This document shows positions 10,442-19,908 of a stretch of 23,165 bases of DNA, piece after piece. The translations under genes and the position numbers were made by a program. The DNA comes from Kofleriaceae bacterium (GTDB lineage: Bacteria; Myxococcota_A; Polyangia; Haliangiales; Haliangiaceae). The stretch covers positions 1 through 23,165 of the forward strand of contig JBKJLC010000146.1 in NCBI GenBank assembly GCA_046597055.1, written 5' to 3'. How positions within the stretch are numbered: position 1 is the first letter of the stretch; each line of letters starts with the position of its first letter. The notes under the pieces are model-generated. The model searched no databases. It was not told where the DNA came from and worked only from the letters and a program-made list of their open reading frames with translations.

Positions 10442-10723
10442 TGCGCACCGCCACCTCGATGGCATCGAAGCCCTCCCCCTTCGACGGGCTGCCCTTCGAC
10501 GGCGGGCTCGCTTGCGCTCGCCCTGGCGCAGGGACACCGGGGAAGATGTACGGGAGCCCGAGGGCAGACGCCCAGCGTGGACGCCCCGCGCCTCGACAGG
10601 ATCACGACTCGCCAGGCGTTGACGCCAGCACGCGCGAGTCAGGTCGGCGCGGGGCCGTGGGACGCGTCGAGCGCGCGGCGGATCGTTGCTGCTACTTCGG
10701 ACGCGGTGCACTAGGCTCCGCCC

Positions 10724-10942
10724 GTGAAGTTCCCGCTCACCTCCGAGCTCGTCGACCAGGCGCGCACCTACCAGCTGCGCTCGGCCTGTCGCGACTGCTT
10801 CTACTGGCTCGAGCGCCGTGGCGAGTGCCTCCACGGCTGGCCCGACGAGGGCCAGCGCCGCTGGCCGCTCGACGCCGTCGACCCGACCACCGGGGTCGCG
10901 CCGACCGAGGTCGCGTTCTGCAAGGAGTTCGAGCTGCGCTGA
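10724..10942 (+). CDS. Small Cys-rich hypothetical protein (72 aa), probably metal or Fe-S binding
   Basis: CRDC-x9-CLH...FCKEFE; strong GC3 bias; TAGGCT 6 nt before the GTG. Confidence 0.8.
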   Translation: MKFPLTSELVDQARTYQLRSACRDCFYWLERRGECLHGWPDEGQRRWPLDAVDPTTGVAPTEVAFCKEFELR

Positions 10943-10958
10943 GCCTGCGCGCCCGCCG

Positions 10959-13523
<2,565 letters not shown>

Positions 13524-13529
13524 CGAGAG

Positions 13530-13535
13530 AGGATA
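13530..13535 (-). promoter_or_regulatory. Putative -10 element (TATCCT) for a leaderless start at 13523
   Basis: TAnnnT 6 nt before the GTG; no SD. Confidence 0.5.
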
Positions 13536-13564
13536 CCTGATTTGAGAGACCGTGCGCTCATCCC

Positions 13565-14269
13565 TTACAGGCCATCCCCCTCGACGTGTCTGACCAGGAA
13601 ATCGCTGACTTCCTTCATGAGTCCTTCGAGGTCGCGGCCCTCGACGTTGACCGGGGCGCCGATCGTGACCTCGACGGTCTGGCCCTTCTTCATGACCCTC
13701 CCTCCCCTCGGGAGGATGTCGATTGTCCCCTTCACGGCGACCGGGACGATCGGAGCGCCGGTCCCGAGAGCCAGGTGGAAGCCTCCCTTCTTGAGCTTGC
13801 CGATCCGGCCATCGCGCGAGCGCGTGCCTTCCGGCGCGAGGTAGATGCTGACGCCGTCCTTGATCAAGTGCGCCGCGTGGTCGATCGACTTGCGCGCGGC
13901 GACCGGGTTTCTGCGATCGACCTCGATGAACTCGGCCGCGCGTAGCCCCCGCCCCCAGAGCGGAATCTGGAACAGCTCGGTCTTGCCGAGCATACGAATC
14001 GTCGGTGACGGCAGCGTCGCGTAGAGCACCGGGATATCGAGGTGACTCTGGTGATTTGACATGTAGACGTACGCGCGCTCGGTCGGCACCCGCTCCGCTC
14101 CCGTCACGGTCAGCCGGATGTCGAGCAGGTCGATCACCCGACGGCCGAACCACTTGGTGCGATCATCGACGACATCGCGCTCGAGATCCCCGCGCATGAT
14201 GTCGACGAGTGACGGTGCCGTGACACGTGCCATCGCGCCGAGGACGCGCACACTGTCGAGGAACGACAT
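13565..14269 (-). CDS. plsC: 1-acyl-sn-glycerol-3-phosphate (lysophospholipid) acyltransferase (234 aa)
   Basis: NHQSHLD (HX4D), FIEVDR, PEGTRS, PIVPV. Confidence 0.9.
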   Translation of the reverse strand: MSFLDSVRVLGAMARVTAPSLVDIMRGDLERDVVDDRTKWFGRRVIDLLDIRLTVTGAERVPTERAYVYMSNHQSHLDIPVLYATLPSPTIRMLGKTELFQIPLWGRGLRAAEFIEVDRRNPVAARKSIDHAAHLIKDGVSIYLAPEGTRSRDGRIGKLKKGGFHLALGTGAPIVPVAVKGTIDILPRGGRVMKKGQTVEVTIGAPVNVEGRDLEGLMKEVSDFLVRHVEGDGL

Positions 14270-14275
14270 GGTTCC

Positions 14276-14347
14276 ATCATACGTGCGGCGAGGTGGGAGA
14301 TGTGGTGAGTCTGCGCGGGTTTGGCAATCTGGCCCACGTGTTAGGCT
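14276..14347. promoter_or_regulatory. Divergent promoter region: TATGAT (-, 14281-14276) and TGtTAGGCT (+, hexamer 14342-14347)
   Basis: Each hexamer lies 6-7 nt before its start codon (14269 and 14355). Confidence 0.55.
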
Positions 14348-14354
14348 CGCGGAG

Positions 14355-15227
14355 ATGTCGCGCGTGCTGGCGGTGATCGCCGCTTGCTTGCTGCTGTGCG
14401 TTCGCGCGGTGGAAGCCGACACCGTGCAGACGAACGTGAAGCAGCTCTCGAGCTCCGGGAGCTACAAGATCCGGCTCGCGGCGGCCCTCGCCCTCTCGAA
14501 ATCCAAGGATGCGCGCGCGGTGATCGCCCTCGCCGACGCACTCGAGAGTGACAGGGACCCGACGATTCGTCGGGTCTCCGCGCTCGCGCTCGAGAAGATG
14601 ATCGATGCGCGCACCGCCGAGGACGCGCGAGAGCTCGGGCTCGTCGCGCTCGAGACCGCCGCGAACAAGGACACCGACACCAAGGTGAAGACCACCGCGA
14701 AGGCGTCGCTCAAGACGCTCGCGGGCCTCAAGCGGAAGAAGGCCGACAAGACGGCGAAGCCGCCGGTGTTCGTCAATGTCGATGGGACGATCGATCAGTC
14801 GAAGAAGCTCGGCAAGGACTCCACGCTCGCGGTGAACAAGGTCGTGCGGACGAGCGTCGAGCGCACAGGTTACGCGACGAGCTGGCCCGGGGGCCTGCCG
14901 ACGAGTGCGGAGCTGTCCTCGAGTCGATCGCGCGGCTTCATCGTCGCGTCGACGGTCAAGAAGATCGACATCACGAAGGCGGGCGCGACGACCAACATCG
15001 CGTGCACCGTGTCGATTCGCGTCGCGCCGTGGAGTGGCAAGGACGGCGGGGAGAAGTGGGAAGCGAACCGGGCGGCCTCGGCGAGTGGCTCGGCCAAGGC
15101 GACCACCGGCTTGCGCGAACGCGACATCCAGAGCGGCGTGCGCGATTGCATCGAGGCGGTCGCGGAAGACGTGACCTCTCGCCAGGTCGTACCGTTCCTC
15201 AAGCGGATCGCTCAGGTCTCGCCATAG
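14355..15227 (+). CDS. Secreted HEAT-repeat protein with an alpha/beta C-terminal domain (290 aa)
   Basis: Signal peptide; KIRLAAALALSK..DARAVIALADALESDRDPTIRRVSALALEK HEAT pattern. Confidence 0.82.
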   Translation: MSRVLAVIAACLLLCVRAVEADTVQTNVKQLSSSGSYKIRLAAALALSKSKDARAVIALADALESDRDPTIRRVSALALEKMIDARTAEDARELGLVALETAANKDTDTKVKTTAKASLKTLAGLKRKKADKTAKPPVFVNVDGTIDQSKKLGKDSTLAVNKVVRTSVERTGYATSWPGGLPTSAELSSSRSRGFIVASTVKKIDITKAGATTNIACTVSIRVAPWSGKDGGEKWEANRAASASGSAKATTGLRERDIQSGVRDCIEAVAEDVTSRQVVPFLKRIAQVSP

Positions 15228-15280
15228 GAGCGGCCGGCGTGCGCCCGGGCCCGGCGTGCGCTCGAGCGCAGCTAGGATCT

Positions 15281-15296
15281 CGGCACGGGGATCGCA
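15281..15296 (+). promoter_or_regulatory. Putative sigma54 promoter (CGGCACGGGGATCGCA)
   Basis: GG-N10-GC with GGCACG; predicted +1 just before the AGGAG SD at 15310-15314. Confidence 0.5.
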
Positions 15297-15319
15297 AATC
15301 GGATCGCGCAGGAGTCCGC

Positions 15320-15829
15320 ATGTCCCGCCTCAGCTCCCTCAAGCGCCTCGCACTCGCTGGTCTCGCGACTGCCGGGGTTGTCGCCGCGTGCCGTGCCGCG
15401 CAGCCGGGCGAAGCGCCACCCCTCGCCCCCCGTCCCGAGATCGGAAAGCCGACGAGCCCGGCGCCGGTTCCGGGTGCTCCCGATCCGCTGGACCCCGGCA
15501 CGTCGGGCCCGAAAGCGCCGACCGAGGACGCCGGTGTCGCATCACCGACGAGCCCGATCTCCCAGATCGACCCGCCGATCTACCGCGCCAACGAGACGCC
15601 AATCTCGCCGCCGCACGCGCGCGACGCGGGTCCCGATGCACGCGATGGTCGCGATGCCGGGCGCTCCGACGCCTCTCCGCCTGACGCCGCACCGAAGCCT
15701 GACGCAGCGCCACCGGATGCCGCCCCCGCTCCGCGGGATGCTGGAAGTCCCGACGCACGCGATAGTGGTGTCAGCCTCCCGCCGAACCCCGACGCGTCGC
15801 TGCCGCCCGACGCCGTACGCCCGTATTAG
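15320..15829 (+). CDS. Pro/Ala/Asp-rich disordered lipoprotein (169 aa)
   Basis: AGGAG SD; signal peptide with lipobox VAAC; repeated DAG/DAA/DAS motifs. Confidence 0.65.
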   Translation: MSRLSSLKRLALAGLATAGVVAACRAAQPGEAPPLAPRPEIGKPTSPAPVPGAPDPLDPGTSGPKAPTEDAGVASPTSPISQIDPPIYRANETPISPPHARDAGPDARDGRDAGRSDASPPDAAPKPDAAPPDAAPAPRDAGSPDARDSGVSLPPNPDASLPPDAVRPY

Positions 15830-16037
15830 GCCCGGTGCACCGCGCGCGTGGCGCACCGGAGTAACTCGCAGTCGTCGGGCAGGGACCGGGACGGGACCCA
15901 CCCCCATCGGACCGCACCGACGACCGGCACGAGCACCACCGGCGCCACCGCGCCAAACGTCGGCCCCGTCACCGGCGCCTCGAATCCACAGAGACGCTAG
16001 CCAGCCTCGACGCGGAGTGGTACCCGCTAGGAACGAC

Positions 16038-17729
16038 ATGGAACCGGCGACGATCGCTGCGCAGCTCCGTGAGCTCGCTGTCTACTACGAGCTGGACGGT
16101 GACAAGCACCGATCCTATGCGTACGACCGCGCCGCGAAGTCGGTCGAGTCCGCGAACGGTCTGCATCGCCTCGTCGAGGAGGGCCGGCTCGAGGAGCTGC
16201 CCGGCATCGGTCCGTCGATCGCGCGCGTGATCGCCGAGCTCGCGCGTCGCGGCACCGTCGACGTGCTCGATCGGCTGCGGGTTGCGTGGCCGGCGATCGT
16301 GATCGAGCTCGCGCAGCTGCCGAAGGTTGGCGTGCCGAAGGCCCGCAAGATTTTCCAGGCGATCGCCCCAGCGGATCTCGAGGCCGTCGCCATCGCATGT
16401 CGCGCGGGCGTGATCAGCGAGCTGCCCGGCTTCGGCAAGGTCAGCGAGCAGCGGATCCTCCAGTCGATCGAGGAGCGCCGGCTCAAGGGTGCACAGGTCC
16501 TGCTGCTCGACGCCGAAGGCCACGCGCTGTCACTCGCCTCACACCTCCGCGGCGAGCCGGCCGCGCAGAAGGTCGAGATCTGCGGCCCGGTGCGGCGGTT
16601 CGAAGAGGTGATCGACCACCTCGCATACGCGGTCGCGACGCTCGATCCCGACAAGGTGATCGACAAGCTCGCGAGCTTCGCGCTCGTGACCTCGCTCGAT
16701 CGCCAGCGCGCGGCGCCGGACTCGCCCGTGGTCGCGTATCTCGCCGGCGGCCTCCGCGCCGAGGTCTATCTCGCCGCGCCCAATCACCTGGGCTGGGCGC
16801 AGATCGTCGCCACCGGATCTCCCGAGCACGTCGCGCTGTTACGCAAGCGCGCCGAGAATCGCGGGATGTCGATGCAGATCCTCGAGGCCAACGACGAGCC
16901 GCACGTCTATCGCGCGCTCGGTCTACCGTGGATCCCACCGGAGGTCCGCGATGGCACCGACGAGGTCTTTGCGGCCGCCGCCGGCGACGACTTCCACGAT
17001 CTGATCACCCTCGATGATCTGACGGCAGCCACCCACTGTCACACCACCTACTCCGACGGCAAGAATACCGTCGCCGAGATGGTGCGCGCTGCCGCCGAGC
17101 TCGGGTTCGACGCGATCACGATCACCGACCACTCCGCCGCGGCGAGCTACGCGAGCGGTCTCGATCTCGATCGGCTCCGTGCGCAGGCGGCGGAGATCGC
17201 CGGGCTCTCCGACCCCGAGGCGCGTGTCCTGCGCGGCACCGAGGCCGACATCCTCGAGGACGGCGGGATCGACGTCCCCCAGTCGATGATCGGCGAGCTC
17301 GACCTGATCATCGCGAGCGTGCACCAGCGGTTCTCCCTCGACGAGGACGCCATGACCCGGCGCCTCGTCACCGCGTTGCGCCAGCCGTACTTCAAGATCT
17401 GGGGCCACGCACTCGGCCGCCTCGTACTCCGCCGCGACCCGATCAAGATCCGGATCGACGAGGTGCTCGACGCCGCGGCCGAGTCGCAGTGCGCGATCGA
17501 GATCAACGGCGATCCACACCGCCTCGATCTCGATCCGATCAACGCGCGCAAGGCCGTCGCGCGCGGGATCAAGTTCGTGCTGTCGAGCGACGCGCACTCG
17601 ACGCGCGGACTGGGTGCGGCGCGATTCGCCGTCGCCATGGCGCGGCGCGCACGAATCCGGAAGCAGCACGTGTTGAATGCGCTACCGGTCGACGAGCTGG
17701 CAGTAGCGATCCGCCCCCGTCCGTCCTGA
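16038..17729 (+). CDS. polX: DNA polymerase X family / PHP-domain protein with non-canonical polymerase active site (563 aa)
   Basis: HhH motifs LPGIGPSIA, LPKVGVPKA, LPGFGKVSE; TGSPEH; LGLPWIPPEVR; PHP motifs HCHTTYSDG, ITDHS, GTEAD, SVH, EING, SDAH. Confidence 0.93.
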   Translation: MEPATIAAQLRELAVYYELDGDKHRSYAYDRAAKSVESANGLHRLVEEGRLEELPGIGPSIARVIAELARRGTVDVLDRLRVAWPAIVIELAQLPKVGVPKARKIFQAIAPADLEAVAIACRAGVISELPGFGKVSEQRILQSIEERRLKGAQVLLLDAEGHALSLASHLRGEPAAQKVEICGPVRRFEEVIDHLAYAVATLDPDKVIDKLASFALVTSLDRQRAAPDSPVVAYLAGGLRAEVYLAAPNHLGWAQIVATGSPEHVALLRKRAENRGMSMQILEANDEPHVYRALGLPWIPPEVRDGTDEVFAAAAGDDFHDLITLDDLTAATHCHTTYSDGKNTVAEMVRAAAELGFDAITITDHSAAASYASGLDLDRLRAQAAEIAGLSDPEARVLRGTEADILEDGGIDVPQSMIGELDLIIASVHQRFSLDEDAMTRRLVTALRQPYFKIWGHALGRLVLRRDPIKIRIDEVLDAAAESQCAIEINGDPHRLDLDPINARKAVARGIKFVLSSDAHSTRGLGAARFAVAMARRARIRKQHVLNALPVDELAVAIRPRPS

Positions 17730-17752
17730 GGCGTGCCACCACTCCGATCGCG

Positions 17753-17768
17753 TGGCATCGCGGATGCA
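17753..17768 (+). promoter_or_regulatory. Putative sigma54 promoter (TGGCATCGCGGATGCA) upstream of the ligD remnant
   Basis: TGGCA...TGCA with exact GG-N10-GC spacing; ends 12 nt before ATG 17781. Confidence 0.45.
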
Positions 17769-17780
17769 TCGTGTTGCCCC

Positions 17781-18070
17781 ATGGTTCGCAAGCCCGCGCT
17801 CGAGAAGCTGGAGTCGAACCAGTCGATGCGCGACTTCTCGCCAGTGGTGCGAAATCGCCCGCTGGTAACCAAAGAACCAAGGAAACTTCTTACGTGATCC
17901 AGAAGCATGCCGCGCGCAGGCTTCAGCACCTGGTCAAGACCAGGCCGCAGGGCAAGCAGGAAGGCTGGCTGTTCAAGGGCCGCGACGACGACGCGAATGA
18001 TCGGCTCGACATCGTCGAGAGCCGTCCGGAGGGCGTGGTCACGGGCCGCACCGCCGAAGAGATCGCGGCG
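17781..18070 (+). pseudogene. ligD: Remnant of the LigD 3'-phosphoesterase (PE) domain, frameshifted and internally deleted
   Basis: The ATG 17781 frame gives KLESNQSMRDFS (cf. L..Y..KRDF) and stops at 17897. Another frame gives YVIQKHAARRLQH fused directly to LVKT...WLFKGRD...PEGVVTGRTAEEIA. Confidence 0.8.
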
Positions 18071-18997
18071 AAGCACGAGCCAGCCGCGAATCAGAACGAG
18101 CTGATCGATCTCGTCGGTCAGCTACCCCTTGGCTTCAAGCTGACCAACCTCGACAAGATCCTCTACCCCGAGCAGGGCATCACCAAGGGGGAGCTGGTCG
18201 CGTACCTCGCTGTCGTCGCCGAGCACATGCTGCCGCACGTCGCGAACCGGCCGCTGACGATCGTCCGCTGTCCCGACGGCTGCGGGAAGCCGTGCTTCTA
18301 CCAGAAGAAGCTGATGCCCGGCTCGCCGAAGGCGATCAAGCCCGTTGCGATCGACTACATGCAGATCCACGACATGCCGGGCCTGGTCGCGCTCGCCCAG
18401 CTCGGCACGCTCGAGATCCACACGTGGGGCGCGCACGCCGACAACCCGGAGAAGCCGGACCTCGCGGTGTTCGATCTCGATCCCGACGTAGGTCTGGGCT
18501 GGGAGCGCGTCGCCCTCGGCGCGTTCGAGCTACGCCGCCGGCTCGACGACCTCGGCCTGCAGTCGTTCCTCAAGACGACCGGCGGCAAGGGCCTGCACAT
18601 CGTGGTGCCGGTCGAGCGACGGCTCGGCTGGGACGACTTCAAGGAGTTCACGAAGCTCGTCGCGGAGCAGCTCGAGGAAGCGGAGCCCGACAAGTTCACG
18701 ACGAACATGGCCAAGAAGGCGCGGAAGGGAAAGATCTTCCTCGACTACCTGCGTAACGGCCGCAACGCGACGTTCATCGCGCCGTATTCGCCGCGAGCGC
18801 GGCCCGGTGCACCGGTCGCAGTGCCGATCAGCTGGGAGCGGCTGGCGCATGGCGTCGATCCCGCCACGTTCACGATGAAAACGGTTCCCCGCCATCTTGC
18901 GGAGGTTGCCGAGGACCCGTGGAAAGACATGTTGAACGTCAAGCAATCGATCACCGCCGCCATGTGGCGCGCACTCGGTCGGAAAGGACTCCGATGA
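17894..18997 (+). CDS. ligD: LigD polymerase (primase-polymerase, AEP) domain protein with no ligase domain; start uncertain
   Basis: LTNLDKILYP, RPLTIVRCPDG, FYQK, FDLDPD, KTTGGKGLH, IFLDYLRN, APYSPRARPGAPVAVP. GTG 17894 follows AAGGAA. Confidence 0.85.
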   Translation: MIQKHAARRLQHLVKTRPQGKQEGWLFKGRDDDANDRLDIVESRPEGVVTGRTAEEIAAKHEPAANQNELIDLVGQLPLGFKLTNLDKILYPEQGITKGELVAYLAVVAEHMLPHVANRPLTIVRCPDGCGKPCFYQKKLMPGSPKAIKPVAIDYMQIHDMPGLVALAQLGTLEIHTWGAHADNPEKPDLAVFDLDPDVGLGWERVALGAFELRRRLDDLGLQSFLKTTGGKGLHIVVPVERRLGWDDFKEFTKLVAEQLEEAEPDKFTTNMAKKARKGKIFLDYLRNGRNATFIAPYSPRARPGAPVAVPISWERLAHGVDPATFTMKTVPRHLAEVAEDPWKDMLNVKQSITAAMWRALGRKGLR

Positions 18998-19539
18998 TCC
19001 AGAGGACCAACGACCGCGGCGTGATCGAGCACCACTTGCTCGAGCTCGCGTACACGACCGATGCGCGGATCACCGCCCCGGTCCTCGCCTATTACGCCGG
19101 CTGCTCGATCGAGGACGCCGAGAAGGTGCTCGACAACCTCGTCGCGCGCGAGCGAATCGCAATGGACATCAGCGAAGAGGGCACGATCGAGTACACGATC
19201 GCGGATCGGCAGAAGCTCAAGCCGCGCGATGAAGGTCCAGCACGGCCCGAGCACCACGCGTTGGCTCGGCGCGTATCAGAGCCCCTCGCGATCCGTCACG
19301 CACGCGAAGCGAACCCCGGCCTCGCGGCGGTGCTCAGCCTGTTCATGCCTGGCGCCGGCCAGCTGTATGCAGGACGCATCGTCGGCGCACTGCTGTGGTT
19401 TCTCGCGGTCTCCGCCGGGTACGCCCTGGTGCTACCCGGCCTGATCCTGCATGTGTTCTGCATCGTGTCCGCGGCGAGCTCCGCGCACCTCTTGAACTCG
19501 GCGGTCGCGCGCCGCCAGCTCCGCCACGGCACGCTGTAG
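18994..19539 (+). CDS. Membrane protein: N-terminal winged-helix-like domain plus TM2-like C-terminal domain (181 aa)
   Basis: ATGA overlap and GGAAAGGA SD; NPGLAAVLSLFMPGAGQLYAG matches the TM2-like pattern and is followed by hydrophobic helices. Confidence 0.78.
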   Translation: MIQRTNDRGVIEHHLLELAYTTDARITAPVLAYYAGCSIEDAEKVLDNLVARERIAMDISEEGTIEYTIADRQKLKPRDEGPARPEHHALARRVSEPLAIRHAREANPGLAAVLSLFMPGAGQLYAGRIVGALLWFLAVSAGYALVLPGLILHVFCIVSAASSAHLLNSAVARRQLRHGTL

Positions 19540-19546
19540 CGCTGGA

Positions 19547-19672
19547 TGCGCTGCGTTCGTGCGCGCTGCGTTGTGCGCGCTGCGTTGTGCGCGCTGCGTT
19601 GTGCGCGCTTTCGTTCGTGTGCCGCTGCGTTGTGCGCGCTTTCGTTCGTGTGCCGCTGCGTTCGTGTGCGGG
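19547..19672. repeat. Compound simple repeat: 14-bp GCGCGCTGCGTTGT x3, then a 31-bp unit x~2; no adenine on the + strand
   Basis: Units at 19561, 19575, 19589, then 19603 and 19634. Confidence 0.9.
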
Positions 19673-19677
19673 AAACG

Positions 19678-19802
19678 TTCACCGCAGAGACGCAGAGGCC
19701 GCAGAGCAGAAAACTTGTGGGCTTCGCCCAGCACACGTTCGCTCGGAGCGAGTGTTCGGATCCGAAATCTCCGCTCGGCGGTCTCTGCCCCTCTGCGGTA
19801 AA
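19678..19802. mobile_element. MITE/REP-like element with ~33-bp imperfect terminal inverted repeats and internal hairpins
   Basis: TTCACCGCAGAGACGCAGAGGCCGCAGAGCAGA pairs with TCCGCTCGGCGGTCTCTGCCCCTCTGCGGTAAA. Mobility is inferred; no transposase is present. Confidence 0.55.
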
Positions 19803-19820
19803 TGCTTCGGGCACGCGAAC

Positions 19821-19892
19821 GCCCGAGCACTCGCCCGAGCACTCGCCCGAGCACTCGTCCGAGCACTCGCCCGAGCACTCGCCCGAGCACTC
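19821..19892. repeat. 12-bp tandem repeat GCCCGAGCACTC x6
   Basis: Six consecutive units; the fourth has one C>T. Confidence 0.95.
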
Positions 19893-19908
19893 GCCAGCCC
19901 ACCACATA

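Noticed and set aside
13524..14153. 1064-aa version of the oxidoreductase
   Set aside because: The extension overlaps plsC in another frame on the same strand; TM-first start at GTG 13523 fits better.
15832..15859. Intrinsic terminators here and at 8045-8062
   Set aside because: Hairpins are present but lack a U-tract and are common by chance at this GC content.
15378..16037. 220-aa N-terminal extension of PolX
   Set aside because: Overlaps the lipoprotein gene and is low complexity; PolX similarity begins at ATG 16038.
17489..17780. ORF-track start of ligD inside polX
   Set aside because: Overlaps the PHP domain; the LigD-like N-terminus is in a different frame at 17781.
16038..19539. Anti-phage defence island or prophage
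   Set aside because: No integrase, phage structural or recognisable defence domains; the genes fit DNA repair families.
19678..19802. tRNA, given the cloverleaf-like layout
   Set aside because: Closing stem is far too long; no canonical T-loop, D-loop or CCA end.
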